62,357 bases of DNA from an uncultured Candidatus Saccharibacteria bacterium (GCA_964566505.1 CAZMIM010000004.1:1-62357); one strand, 5' to 3'; shown: positions 1-10,182, numbered from the stretch's first letter. Translations and numbers: made by a program. Notes: generated by a model from the sequence alone, not told the origin.

Positions 1-296
1 GGTGAGATGTTAATAAAAGTCCACGACCAGAGAAATCCGGGCGAACCACCCATCACACCTTCAACTTTCCGAAGATGGAGCAACTTGCCCCAAGTCATGT
101 TCACTCTGCTGTCCCAGCGCTTGAATGTTTCAGTCATTGAGACAAAAGACACCCATGTAAAGAGATACGCTGGAGCAATGAACGCAACGGTATAGAGACC
201 ACCTTGGTCAAATCCTGCAAGCCACAAATACGGATATGCGATTGCAAACCCGATGATTGTGTAGGCAACGATTATGCCGATCCAGAATCGAGACAT
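1..296 (-). CDS. integral membrane protein, 5' part (gene runs off the left edge)
   Basis: Absent from the ORF track because there is no stop in the window. ATG at 296-294 has GGAGG (cctcc on + at 302-306) 5 nt upstream. 98 codons stay open to position 3. The translation MSRFWIGIIVAYTIIGFAIAYPYLWLAGF... is strongly hydrophobic. Confidence 0.5.
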   Translation of the reverse strand, partial: MSRFWIGIIVAYTIIGFAIAYPYLWLAGFDQGGLYTVAFIAPAYLFTWVSFVSMTETFKRWDSRVNMTWGKLLHLRKVEGVMGGSPGFLWSWTFINIS

Positions 297-376
297 AACA
301 ACCTCCGTTTTTTATTGAAGTTACAATTCAAATCGACTATACATCGATTATATAAGGGTGTCAATATTAATGAAAC

Positions 377-751
377 TTATCGTAAAAGCGCAACCATCCA
401 ACCAACTAGCGACATCACTACAAATATAATGGTTGTGTATATGAAAAGCTTTTTCTCACGGACTCTTCCTCCCCACCGAAACGAGAACACAAAAACAATA
501 CCAACAATTGCAACTAGTACGTCTAGAAAAATATTAGTCCACACTTCCTCTATTCCCCACAATAATTCAAGTAGCTCCCACAAAATAAATGACAAAGTTG
601 CAATTGTATATGCATATACCTTAGAAAATTCTAGCCTAAGCGCCGCAAATCCAGCAAACACACCAGCAAGAAAATGGACAAACATCCATATATCAAAAAA
701 CCGACCTTCAGCATATGTGAGAGAAATAGCTTTTACAATTTCTTGCTCCAT
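377..751 (-). CDS. small multi-pass membrane protein (hypothetical)
   Basis: 124-aa ORF with 3-4 hydrophobic segments. It starts 4 nt after the htpX stop, a coupled arrangement. The overlapping + ORF 204..836 is low-complexity. Confidence 0.5.
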   Translation of the reverse strand: MEQEIVKAISLTYAEGRFFDIWMFVHFLAGVFAGFAALRLEFSKVYAYTIATLSFILWELLELLWGIEEVWTNIFLDVLVAIVGIVFVFSFRWGGRVREKKLFIYTTIIFVVMSLVGWMVALLR

Positions 752-755
752 AAAA

Positions 756-1649
756 TTATCCCATTGTCCTAAGTGCCTCTATGCGCTCAGAAACTGGAGG
801 GTGTGTCATAAACCACTTATTCCATCCCTTATTTGATTTTCTTCCAAAAGGACTCGCAATAAAGAGGTGTGCAGTCGCATGGTTCGCTTTTTTCATCTTT
901 CCACTGTGAGACTCAAGTTTTTCTAGAGCTGATGCTAGCCCTTCTGGGTACCGAGTCAAAAGTGCACCTGTTGCATCTGCAAGAAACTCTCGCTTTCGTG
1001 AGATAGATAGCTGTATAAGCATTGCAACAACAGGTGAAAGTATCGCAAGCACAAATCCCGCAATCACCATAATCACCTGAAATCTTCCGTCTCCACGATT
1101 ATCCCCTCCTCCAAAGAAAGACATTCTCAAGAAAAAGTCCGAAAGAAGAGTTACAAACCCCACCAAAACAACCACAATTGTCATTACCAAAATATCTCTG
1201 TTTCCAATGTGTGCAAGCTCGTGCGCTATCACTCCCTCAAGCTCACTTCTATCCATAATATTAAGTAGCCCTGTCGTTACTGCTACTGCAGAGTGTTCTT
1301 TATCGCGCCCTGTAGCGAACGCATTTGGGACACTGTCATTGATGATATATATGCGCGGGACCGGAAGACCAGCTGTGATGGAAAGGTTTTCAACTATATT
1401 GTATAGCTCTCGATGTGACTCACGTGTTATCTCTTTTGCTCCAGTCATCTTTATAACTATTTTGTCAGAGTTCCAAAAACTAAAAATGTTCATCACAACA
1501 CTAAAAAGCACTGCGATGAAAAGAATCTCAGGTGCGTTATAGATATAGCTAAACGACCAACCAAGCGCAATAATAATGAGCAAAAACGCGGTCATTATTA
1601 ACCACGTTTTTCTTACATTTCTTGATTGTTGTGTATAGAGTGTCGCCAT
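756..1649 (-). CDS. htpX: HtpX-type M48 zinc metalloprotease
   Basis: HELAHIGNRD (HExxH) motif, 4 TM segments, C-terminal THPPVSERI motif, and the conserved LemA-HtpX pairing. Confidence 0.9.
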   Translation of the reverse strand: MATLYTQQSRNVRKTWLIMTAFLLIIIALGWSFSYIYNAPEILFIAVLFSVVMNIFSFWNSDKIVIKMTGAKEITRESHRELYNIVENLSITAGLPVPRIYIINDSVPNAFATGRDKEHSAVAVTTGLLNIMDRSELEGVIAHELAHIGNRDILVMTIVVVLVGFVTLLSDFFLRMSFFGGGDNRGDGRFQVIMVIAGFVLAILSPVVAMLIQLSISRKREFLADATGALLTRYPEGLASALEKLESHSGKMKKANHATAHLFIASPFGRKSNKGWNKWFMTHPPVSERIEALRTMG

Positions 1650-2215
1650 TAAAACTTCACTTCCACGTTCTCTTTTTGTTCTGGATTATCTTCAAGATCA
1701 AAGAGATCCATTTTTCCAAATCCAAACATTCCAGCAATAATATTTCCAGGGAATGATTCCACTCCAATATTCATGTCGCGAACGTTGCTGTTGTAGAAGC
1801 GTCGTGATGCTTGAATCTTGTTTTCTGTATCAGAGAGCTCTCTTTGAAGCTCAAGGAAGTTTGCGTTTGCTTTAAGATCAGGATAGCTCTCAGAAAGTGC
1901 AAAAAGAGTTTTAAGTGTTCCAGAAAGCATGTTCTCTGCCTCTGCTGCTTGTTGCGGGTCACCACTTTGCTCTGCCTGCATAGCAGCTGCGCGTGCGTTT
2001 GTAACACTTTCAAGCACGTCCTTTTCGTGCCCCGCATACCCTTTTACTGTCTCGATAAGATTTGGGATAAGGTCATATCGGCGCTTCAGCTGAACATCAA
2101 TGTCAGCCCAAGCTTCTTCTGCCTGGTTTCGAAGTCGAATAAACTTGTTATACACCATTACAGTCCAAACAACTGCAAGTATTACAAGTGCAATAATGAT
2201 ATAAAGAATTGTCAT
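1649..2215 (-). CDS. lemA: LemA family protein
   Basis: N-terminal TM followed by the LemA signature (NKFIRLRNQAEEAWADIDVQLKRRYDLIPNL). Its stop overlaps the htpX start by 1 nt (TAATG). Confidence 0.9.
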   Translation of the reverse strand: MTILYIIIALVILAVVWTVMVYNKFIRLRNQAEEAWADIDVQLKRRYDLIPNLIETVKGYAGHEKDVLESVTNARAAAMQAEQSGDPQQAAEAENMLSGTLKTLFALSESYPDLKANANFLELQRELSDTENKIQASRRFYNSNVRDMNIGVESFPGNIIAGMFGFGKMDLFDLEDNPEQKENVEVKF

Positions 2216-2352
2216 AATAATTAGCTTTTAGGTCTTAGCTTATAGCTATTAGATTATTTTTAAATATACACTTAGTATATTTCAAAATTGTTGATAAATA
2301 AAGTAAAAAGCTAATGTTTTTAAATGCTTTTTATTTTTATTACCTTATTATT

Positions 2353-2910
2353 TTAATGTGTGTTTTTCTGAGCAACTGCCTCCTGTATACGCAACAAATC
2401 TTCTTTTCTTACATATGGTATGAGTACTTCTTTTACATCACCAAATCCTTCTTTATAAATAATTTTTACCCCATTTATACTACTAAATAATCCTTTTTGT
2501 GTATTTATTTCAAGAATGGAAGAAAGCTCCATTGATTCAGGGTATGTGGGATTAATTTTTCCTGAAAAATTATAAAACTTTTCCTGCCATGTTCCTTTTC
2601 TATACACAATATTCTGTTTATCGTTTAAACCATCGAAATATACATATTCATCATCAATTCTAATTGATGTATTTACTTCATTAAATTTCTTATTTATTTT
2701 TGAATCCTTAGAAAATACAAACAAAATAAAAATTTCCAGAATAATTACAAGTATAAAAACGATAACAACGTCATCTCCAAAATAAGAATCTACAAAAATA
2801 TTTGAACCAAAAATCTCTTTTATATTTAGAAAAAGAATAAAAAAAAGTCCTATAAAATAAAAGCTCTGCTTTATTTTCCTTTTACGTTTATAACGCTTTA
2901 AGTCATTCAT
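2353..2910 (-). CDS. hypothetical membrane protein (2 TM plus a C-terminal globular domain)
   Basis: 185-aa ORF, very AT-rich with Lys/Ile/Phe bias, two hydrophobic helices. I recognise no motif. Confidence 0.45.
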   Translation of the reverse strand: MNDLKRYKRKRKIKQSFYFIGLFFILFLNIKEIFGSNIFVDSYFGDDVVIVFILVIILEIFILFVFSKDSKINKKFNEVNTSIRIDDEYVYFDGLNDKQNIVYRKGTWQEKFYNFSGKINPTYPESMELSSILEINTQKGLFSSINGVKIIYKEGFGDVKEVLIPYVRKEDLLRIQEAVAQKNTH

Positions 2911-2919
2911 ATACTCAGA

Positions 2920-3933
2920 CTATTTGGCCTCAACAATATTTTCTGGGTTGCCACTCACAAAGCTTTCGATATTTGAAACAGTAGTAGAAAGTATTCGTCC
3001 CACTGCCTCTTGTGTATTAAATGCATTGTGAGGAGTAATAACTACCTTTGGATGTTCCACAAGATAGTGGTTTGCCAAAAGTGTTTTAAGCATCTCAGGA
3101 CTTGGGTGTGAGTCTGAAAGCGCTTCGAGGTGGTCAAACATTGGACCTTCTTCCTCCAACACATCTAATCCAGCTCCAGCAATAACGCCTTCTTTGAGAC
3201 CTTGCACAAGTGCATCTGTGTCCACAACAGCGCCTCTTGATGTATTTATGATATACACGCCCTTCTTTAGATTTTTTAGTACATCTTTATTCAAAAGATG
3301 GTGCGTGTGCTCATTGTATGGAACATGAAAAGAAATCACATCAGACGAAGAAAAGAGTTCTTCCATAGAAACATATGAGATTCCCATTTCTTTTGCGTGC
3401 TCTTCATCTACATTCACATCAAATGTAATAACATTCATTCCAAATCCTTTTGCCATAGAAATCATGTACCTCCCAATGTGTCCTGCCCCTACAACACCGA
3501 TAGTTTTATCCTTTAGGTCAAAGCCTCGAAGGCCTTCTTGTGAAAATGAGCCATCTTCTCGCACCCTTCTATATGAGTCATAGAGGTTTCTTGAAAGCAT
3601 AAGAAGAAGTCCAAAGGCAAGTTCCGCCACAGTGTTCTCTCCATAAGAAGGAACATTTGAAACAGTAATGCCTCTTTTTTTAGCTTCCTCTAAATCAATG
3701 TGGTCAAAGCCGGTTGAACGAGTTGCGATGTGTTTTAAGTTTGGCATACGATCCATTACAGATGCGTCCACCTTTGATTTCACAAAAACAGAAAGTATTT
3801 CTGCCTCATCGTCAGAGAAATCAGCATGATCTGAAATAGGAGATTCGAAAAATACTACATCATGAGAAGAAAGCGCCTTTTCAAGGTGTTCTTTTTCCGA
3901 AATATCGTTATAAAAACAAACGATTCGTGTCAT
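2920..3933 (-). CDS. D-isomer-specific 2-hydroxyacid dehydrogenase (NAD-binding)
   Basis: GVVGAGHIGR Rossmann motif, the catalytic-region pattern SFHVP...T..L and TPHNAF near the C-terminus. Confidence 0.85.
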   Translation of the reverse strand: MTRIVCFYNDISEKEHLEKALSSHDVVFFESPISDHADFSDDEAEILSVFVKSKVDASVMDRMPNLKHIATRSTGFDHIDLEEAKKRGITVSNVPSYGENTVAELAFGLLLMLSRNLYDSYRRVREDGSFSQEGLRGFDLKDKTIGVVGAGHIGRYMISMAKGFGMNVITFDVNVDEEHAKEMGISYVSMEELFSSSDVISFHVPYNEHTHHLLNKDVLKNLKKGVYIINTSRGAVVDTDALVQGLKEGVIAGAGLDVLEEEGPMFDHLEALSDSHPSPEMLKTLLANHYLVEHPKVVITPHNAFNTQEAVGRILSTTVSNIESFVSGNPENIVEAK

Positions 3934-3987
3934 AAGAAGTAGTATATCACAATTGCCTTTTAGTGTGATTTTGCTATACTTGCCCCC

Positions 3988-4221
3988 ATGGAATTTCTAG
4001 GAAATATCCTCCCATACGTACAGCTAGTACTCTCAGTACTGCTCGTAGTGGGAATATTGATGCAACAATCAGACGCTTCATTGGGCGCTGCTTTTGGTGG
4101 TGGAAATGATGCTGGAGGTGTTCAACACACACGACGAGGGGCTGAAAAGGTTGTATTCGATGGGACAATCATTATTTCAATATTATTTGTGCTTTCAATT
4201 GTTATAGAACTCTTTATATAA
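3988..4221 (+). CDS. secG: preprotein translocase subunit SecG
   Basis: 77 aa, two TM helices with a Gly-rich loop (LGAAFGGGNDAGG), the typical SecG layout. Confidence 0.7.
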   Translation: MEFLGNILPYVQLVLSVLLVVGILMQQSDASLGAAFGGGNDAGGVQHTRRGAEKVVFDGTIIISILFVLSIVIELFI

Positions 4222-4264
4222 TAGAGTTACTGTAATAAAGCACTCCGACACACCACTGTCTTAG

Positions 4265-6049
4265 TTGGCGATGGTGAGTCCATCTATCGTGAATAAAATC
4301 ACAAACAATATGTTTAAAAACACGCGACTATCATCTTTTAAGGAAGATGCAGAAAGCGCGTATACACAAATGAGCCCAGGTGAAAAACTTCTCACCCTTT
4401 TCTTTTCATTTCTTCTACTTCTCTCTACTGTGCTTCTTTTGGGACAGCTAAACCAATACCTCACTGTAGAGATACCAGCACCAGGGGGCGAAGTGCGCGA
4501 AGGTGTAATAGGGTTCCCAAGGTTTGTGAATCCACTTCTGTCTTCATCTGATGCAGACCGAGACCTTGTATCACTTGTATATTCAGGGCTTATGAAAGCA
4601 ACCCCAGAGGGAGAGCTAGTTCTTGACCTAGCAGAAAGCTACAGCGTATCTGACGATGGACTTGTATATACATTTATATTGCGTGACGATATTAGGTTCC
4701 ATGATGGAGCGCCCGTTACAGCAGATGATGTTCTCTTTACTATTTCAAAAACACGAGACACAATCATCAAAAGTCCAAAACGAGCAAACTGGGAGGGCGT
4801 AGCGATTGAGCAACTCTCAGACAGAGAGGTTCAGTTCATCTTACCAGAGCCATATAGTCCATTCCTTGAGAACACAACAATAGGAATACTTCCAAAACAC
4901 ATTTGGGGAAATATTGAGCCAGAGCAGTTTGCCTTTTCAAGTTTCAATATTGAAGCAGTTGGTTCAGGACCATACGAAATCAAAAAAGTACAAAGAAATG
5001 AAGCAGGTATCCCTGAGTTTTATCGACTAGAGCGCTTTTCAAATTACGCACTCGGCACACCACACATAGAAACTATTTCAATACACTTCTATTCAAACGA
5101 AAGTCTATTAGTAGACGGATTCCGAAAAGGAGAAATAGATTCAATCAACAGTATCTCGACAGACGTTGCGCGAGATCTTTCAAACTCACAGCGTATCGAG
5201 CAACATCCACTACCACGAATCTTCGGTGTCTTTTTCAACCAAAACGAAGCACCTATTTTTACACACAATGAAGTCCGAAGAGCCCTCAACATAGCGGTCA
5301 ATCGGGATGCAATCGTAGAGCAGGTGCTCAATGGATATGGAACAGTTATCACAGGGCCAATTCCTGGAGGCACTGTTGATTCTATACTTCTTGAGGCACA
5401 ACCTAGAAGCACCACCACAGCACCACAACTCTCAGACAGAGAGGCGCGTGCTGTAGAGATTTTGGAAGAATACGGATGGGAGTTTAACGAAGAACTTGGA
5501 TACAGAGTAAAGGATGGAAAAGAAGATTTGGTATTTAGTATCTCTACATCAAATGCAGAGGAGCTAAAGAGAGTTGCTGATATCGTGAAAAACTCATGGG
5601 AGCGAATTGGAGCAAAAGTTACAGTAGAGTTGTTTGAAATTGGAACACTCAACCAAGATGTGATTCGACCTCGAGCATACAACGCTCTTCTCTTTGGAGA
5701 GATTGTCGGACGAGAAAAAGACCTCTTTGCATTCTGGCACTCATCACAAAGAAATGACCCTGGCCTAAACATCGCATTATATGCTAATATTACGAGTGAT
5801 AAATTACTCCAATCAATACGCACCTCGCAGGACCTAGAAGAACGCGAAGAGCAGTTTGCATTATTTGAGGAAGAGATAGCACAAGACGTGCCGGCAGTAT
5901 TTTTATATTCGCCTGACTTTATCTATATCGTACCAAAGAAAATTAAAGGACTAGAATTGGGTACAGTAACAACTCCAGCAGAACGATTTCTATCTGTTCA
6001 TGATTGGTATATAAACACCGATCGAGTTTGGAAAATCTTTGCCCAATAA
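4265..6049 (+). CDS. ABC-transporter family-5 (peptide/nickel type) solute-binding protein, membrane-anchored
   Basis: N-terminal TM anchor, then an SBP_bac_5-like sequence (DIRFHDGAPVTADDVLFT, GSGPYEIKK). The true start may be an internal Met such as MFKNTRL. No permease or ATPase genes are nearby. Confidence 0.8.
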   Translation: MAMVSPSIVNKITNNMFKNTRLSSFKEDAESAYTQMSPGEKLLTLFFSFLLLLSTVLLLGQLNQYLTVEIPAPGGEVREGVIGFPRFVNPLLSSSDADRDLVSLVYSGLMKATPEGELVLDLAESYSVSDDGLVYTFILRDDIRFHDGAPVTADDVLFTISKTRDTIIKSPKRANWEGVAIEQLSDREVQFILPEPYSPFLENTTIGILPKHIWGNIEPEQFAFSSFNIEAVGSGPYEIKKVQRNEAGIPEFYRLERFSNYALGTPHIETISIHFYSNESLLVDGFRKGEIDSINSISTDVARDLSNSQRIEQHPLPRIFGVFFNQNEAPIFTHNEVRRALNIAVNRDAIVEQVLNGYGTVITGPIPGGTVDSILLEAQPRSTTTAPQLSDREARAVEILEEYGWEFNEELGYRVKDGKEDLVFSISTSNAEELKRVADIVKNSWERIGAKVTVELFEIGTLNQDVIRPRAYNALLFGEIVGREKDLFAFWHSSQRNDPGLNIALYANITSDKLLQSIRTSQDLEEREEQFALFEEEIAQDVPAVFLYSPDFIYIVPKKIKGLELGTVTTPAERFLSVHDWYINTDRVWKIFAQ

Positions 6050-6064
6050 TAACTACAAAGATTA

Positions 6065-8038
6065 ATGGAAAAAAAGAAATCAACACCGACACGTTCTTCT
6101 TCACAAGGACGAAGGCGTACCACACGAACAAGAACAAGTGCTACTACACGAACAAAGCGTGCTTCTTCTGGGCGAACAGGCTCTCGAGGACGAAGTGCTG
6201 GTGCTAAAAAAACAAACTCTCGCACAGATAACAAGCGTGGCCCACGAAAGCGACCTTCAGGTAAAGGACATGGACGACGACCAACTACCCCACCAAAAGG
6301 AAAGGCTCGGCAGACAACAAGCCGTCCCAAGAAAAATAAAGTAGCTGTACCAAAAGTAGAAAAAGGTGTGGTGCGAGTAATCCCACTTGGAGGTGTAGAA
6401 GAAATTGGAAAGAACATGTATGTCGTTGAGTACGGAAACGATATTGTTGTTATAGATGCAGGTTTTGCCTTCAAAGACGAAGACACTCCCGGAATCGACT
6501 ACATCCTGCCGAATATCCAGTACCTACAAGAAAACCAAGACAGAATCAGGGGTGTGCTTATTACACACGGACACCTTGACCACATTGGAGGAATTCCCTA
6601 CATCATGCCACTTATTGGAAACCCACCAATATACTCACGAAACCTTACAAATATAATGATTCAAAAGAAGTATGAGGAATTTTCTCATCTTCCACCACTT
6701 AACTTCCGAACAATCGAGAAAAATGAGTCAGTAACTCTTGGAGACCTGAAAATCCGATTCTTTGGTGTAACACACACCATCCCTGACTCAATGGGTATCA
6801 TTATTGAAACTCCATACGGAAGCGTGGTAAACCCAGGAGACTTCAAACTCTCTCATGTAGACGGCGAGCCAACAGATGAAGAAAAAGAGTCATACAAAGT
6901 ATTTGAAAAAGAAAATGTTCTTTTCTTGATGGCAGACTCAACAAACGTAGAAAACCCTGGGTTCTCTACACCAGAACACGAAGTAAAAGAAGGACTCGAC
7001 AAAATCATTAAAGACACAAAGACACGCCTTATTATCGGAACGTTTGCATCACAAATGGATCGATTTATCGGTATCATTGAGTCAGCAGAGAAATACAACA
7101 AAAAGATTGCTGTCGAAGGGCGAAGTATGAAAACAAATGTTGAGATTGCAAAGATTGCGGGTCTCCTAAAAACAAAACCCGGAACAATTATTCCTTCAGA
7201 GGATATCGGACAATATCCACCTGACAAAGTGGTAGTCATCACCACAGGTGCACAAGGAGAAGAATTTGCAGGACTCATGCGAATGGCCAACAAAACCCAC
7301 AAATATATAAAGCTGAGCGAGCGCGACACGGTACTTCTATCATCATCAGTGATTCCTGGTAATGAAAATTCTGTACAAAGACTAAAAGACAACATCGCAC
7401 GAAATGGAACCAAAATAATACACTACCGAACATCAGAGGTGTTTATTCATGGTAGTGGTCACGGAAACCGCGAAGAGATTAAGTGGCTCCACCAAACAAT
7501 TAAGCCAAAATTCTTTATGCCTGTTCATGGAACACACTACATGCTACGAATGCATGGAGAACTTGCAGAAGAGCTTGGAATGAAGAAAGAAAATATTGCT
7601 ATTCCAGACAACGGAAGCATCGTTGAGGTATACGAAGACGGTAAAAATCTTCGAGTGAGAAAAGAAAAAGCTCCATCAGACATTATGGCAGTGGACGGCT
7701 TCTCTATTGGTGAAATGCAAGATGTGGTTATTCGCGACCGACAACTACTATCAGAAGATGGAATATTTATTGTGGTGGTTGCACTAAACACACGCACTGG
7801 AAAACTACGAAAGTCACCAGATATTATTTCTCGAGGGTTTATCTACCTTCGCGAATCACAAGACCTTCTTTCACAATCACGACTCATAGTTAAAAAGACA
7901 GTAGAGAAAATCGCACAAGGCTCTAAACCAATCGATTTTGACTATATGAAGTCAGAAATCACAGACCAAGTACGACGATACCTTCTACAACAAACGGCAA
8001 AAAGACCAGTTGTAATCCCTGTAATTCTAGGAATGTAG
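6065..8038 (+). CDS. rnj: ribonuclease J with a ~100-aa Arg/Lys/Thr-rich N-terminal extension
   Basis: Metallo-beta-lactamase HGHLDHIGG motif, beta-CASP region and RNase J C-terminal domain. The first ~100 aa are basic low complexity. Confidence 0.9.
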   Translation: MEKKKSTPTRSSSQGRRRTTRTRTSATTRTKRASSGRTGSRGRSAGAKKTNSRTDNKRGPRKRPSGKGHGRRPTTPPKGKARQTTSRPKKNKVAVPKVEKGVVRVIPLGGVEEIGKNMYVVEYGNDIVVIDAGFAFKDEDTPGIDYILPNIQYLQENQDRIRGVLITHGHLDHIGGIPYIMPLIGNPPIYSRNLTNIMIQKKYEEFSHLPPLNFRTIEKNESVTLGDLKIRFFGVTHTIPDSMGIIIETPYGSVVNPGDFKLSHVDGEPTDEEKESYKVFEKENVLFLMADSTNVENPGFSTPEHEVKEGLDKIIKDTKTRLIIGTFASQMDRFIGIIESAEKYNKKIAVEGRSMKTNVEIAKIAGLLKTKPGTIIPSEDIGQYPPDKVVVITTGAQGEEFAGLMRMANKTHKYIKLSERDTVLLSSSVIPGNENSVQRLKDNIARNGTKIIHYRTSEVFIHGSGHGNREEIKWLHQTIKPKFFMPVHGTHYMLRMHGELAEELGMKKENIAIPDNGSIVEVYEDGKNLRVRKEKAPSDIMAVDGFSIGEMQDVVIRDRQLLSEDGIFIVVVALNTRTGKLRKSPDIISRGFIYLRESQDLLSQSRLIVKKTVEKIAQGSKPIDFDYMKSEITDQVRRYLLQQTAKRPVVIPVILGM

Positions 8039-8039
8039 T

Positions 8040-9206
8040 ATGCAGTATATGGTTCGCAACAAACCACTCCTTTGGATGTATGCCAGTATCATACTGTTTA
8101 CCTTCCACACTGCGATACCTATATTCATAAACTCTACATTCCTCACAACTCGTTTTGGGGAAGAAATGACCAGCCTTCTTTATAGCGCTGGTTCATTTTT
8201 GACTATTGTATTACTGCTTCTTATGACACGACTGTTGCGTAGGTTTGGTAACTACAAAACAACACTAACACTGCTTGCGGTTGATATTGTTGCGCTTGTG
8301 GCACTCGCACTCAGTACAAACCCTCTTTTAATTATTGCGGGATTTACACTACACTTTATACTCTCAAGCGTTATTTCATTAAATTTTGATATATTTCTTG
8401 AGCGATATACAAAAGACTCACACGCAGGAGAAGTCCGTGGTATATACTTTTTCTTTGCAAACCTTGCATGGCTCGTAGCTCCATTTCTAGCAGGACTTTT
8501 GCTTGGTGATTCAACAAACTACTTCAGAATTTATGCATCTGCTGCAATATTCTTGCTACCGCTAATGATTATTATCTCTCGTGCATTCAAAAACTTCCAA
8601 GACAAAGACCGAAGAGAAATGTCACTGCTTAAAGACCTCTCATCTATAAGTAACAACAAAAATGTTCGAAACATCTTTATCGCAAGCTTCTTGCTTCGTC
8701 TTTTCTTTGCATGGATGGTGATCTACACACCACTATATCTTTATGAATATATTGGATTTTCATTTGAACAAACAGGACTTATTTTCTCCGCAATGATGTT
8801 TGCCTACCTATTTTTTGAATGGCCTCTTGGTAAGCTTGCTGATGAGCGTATAGGAGAAAAGGAAATAGCCATAGCTGGGTTTATTGTTATAGCTATTACA
8901 ACAGCATTTCTGTCGTGGCTAACAGTGCCAAGCGTTCTTCTATGGGCTATTGCAATGTTTCTTACTCGCGTTGGTGCTGCTATGGTTGAGATCAGTACAG
9001 AAAGCTACTTCTTTAAACACATAGACAGCTCTGACACTGATGACATTAGCTTCTGGAGAATGACACGACCTCTTGGATATTTGGTTGCACCACTGTTTGG
9101 AGCTCTGTTTTTGGGGATATTCTCATTCCAAATGATATTCCTAGCCATTGGCGCTGTAATGCTACTAGGAATACTTCCAACACTCTATATTGTTGATACA
9201 AAATAA
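8040..9206 (+). CDS. MFS transporter
   Basis: 388 aa with ~12 hydrophobic helices in a 6+6 layout and a charged central loop. Confidence 0.75.
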   Translation: MQYMVRNKPLLWMYASIILFTFHTAIPIFINSTFLTTRFGEEMTSLLYSAGSFLTIVLLLLMTRLLRRFGNYKTTLTLLAVDIVALVALALSTNPLLIIAGFTLHFILSSVISLNFDIFLERYTKDSHAGEVRGIYFFFANLAWLVAPFLAGLLLGDSTNYFRIYASAAIFLLPLMIIISRAFKNFQDKDRREMSLLKDLSSISNNKNVRNIFIASFLLRLFFAWMVIYTPLYLYEYIGFSFEQTGLIFSAMMFAYLFFEWPLGKLADERIGEKEIAIAGFIVIAITTAFLSWLTVPSVLLWAIAMFLTRVGAAMVEISTESYFFKHIDSSDTDDISFWRMTRPLGYLVAPLFGALFLGIFSFQMIFLAIGAVMLLGILPTLYIVDTK

Positions 9207-9228
9207 AACTCCGTTTAAACGGAGTTTT
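9205..9228. terminator. bidirectional hairpin between convergent genes
   Basis: aaaactccgt-ttaa-acggagtttt: perfect 10-bp stem with A- and T-tracts, spanning both stop codons. Confidence 0.6.
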
Positions 9229-10108
9229 ATTTTTCTTCTTGGTTAAAGAATAGTTTGAATGAGTTCTCTAGAGAGCCAGCTGCATCAAATACTGATGCTC
9301 GCATCTTATCCATTGGTGTTTCTTTTGTGAGATCAATCTCATGCGTTTGCATACGTTCTGCCGTAGTGTTCATTGCGCTTGAAATTGAACCAACAATTGT
9401 TTGTGGCGCAGATATTACAGATGCGACCATTCCATCAGAGTACTCTAGCGTTGTGTCCATAACACCACCCCAACCACTATTATTTACAGTTGCATATATT
9501 TCTCTTGAAACATCTTCTAAATCAAATAGTGTTGCTTCAATAGCAAGCTCTGCAGTATCAACAATAACAGAGAGCGGATTCCCAAAAGACATGTATTGTG
9601 GACCAACCAATATAAGAAGCGCTGCCATAACTCCTGCAAGCGTGTACGGAAGCCTTTGTATGTCCTCATCAGAGAATGGACTAGGAACAAAAGAATCACG
9701 AACAGTAACTCGCTTTTCTCTAGAAATGCTCGCGTGTGTACCACTCTTTTTATCTTTGAATATTTTTGTTTCCTTTACTGAGTGTTTTACCGCACCATCA
9801 CTAGAGACCGTGGTCTTTCGCACAGTTTCTGTATTTGTATTATTTGAAATCTCAGATTTAAGCTCTTGGGCTGCTTTTTTCTTTCTGTCGCTCTTTACTG
9901 TATAGCTCCTGATTTGGCCTTGGTCTACATATCGTACTCTACCTACCTTTTTTGAATCTACATGCCCTTCTCGTGCAAGCTGTCCCACATAGTCGCTCGT
10001 ATATCCGGTAATCTCAGCAGCTCTCTTTGCAGAAATATACTTTTTACCCTCTACAAATATTTGATTATCCATTGACTCTATTGTACGAAATATTGCGTAC
10101 TTTTTCAT
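9227..10108 (-). CDS. HTH (excisionase/MerR-like) - linker - single TM - small extracytoplasmic domain protein
   Basis: YISAKRAAEITGYTSDYVGQLAREGHVDSKKVGRVRYVDQGQIRSY closely matches the two HTH copies at the N-terminus of the giant ORF. TM helix LPYTLAGVMAALLILVGPQ. I prefer the start at MKKY (10108), because the ORF-track start at 10171 lies inside the upstream terminator palindrome. Confidence 0.6.
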   Translation of the reverse strand: MKKYAIFRTIESMDNQIFVEGKKYISAKRAAEITGYTSDYVGQLAREGHVDSKKVGRVRYVDQGQIRSYTVKSDRKKKAAQELKSEISNNTNTETVRKTTVSSDGAVKHSVKETKIFKDKKSGTHASISREKRVTVRDSFVPSPFSDEDIQRLPYTLAGVMAALLILVGPQYMSFGNPLSVIVDTAELAIEATLFDLEDVSREIYATVNNSGWGGVMDTTLEYSDGMVASVISAPQTIVGSISSAMNTTAERMQTHEIDLTKETPMDKMRASVFDAAGSLENSFKLFFNQEEK

Positions 10109-10143
10109 GTGGATAAAGCCGAGATATGAGTATCCACAAAGCC

Positions 10144-10182
10144 AAATCCGCCAAATGCAAATGATTTGCATTTGGCGGATTT
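10144..10182 (-). terminator. 39-nt perfect palindrome downstream of gatB (palindrome family 2)
   Basis: aaatccgccaaatgcaaat-g-atttgcatttggcggattt, lying between the gatB stop (10204) and the next gene start (10108). Confidence 0.6.

Noticed and set aside
204-836. 210-aa plus-strand ORF
   Set aside because: It overlaps two minus-strand genes that have an RBS, coupling and membrane-protein features. Its own translation is low complexity with no motif.
5998-6486. 162-aa Arg-rich minus-strand ORF
   Set aside because: It is antisense to the compositionally biased basic N-terminal extension of RNase J and to the end of the SBP gene. It is a composition artefact.
9255-9905. 216-aa plus-strand ORF opposite the HTH-TM gene
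   Set aside because: It has no motifs. The minus-strand frame carries the HTH motif shared with the giant ORF and a clear TM helix.
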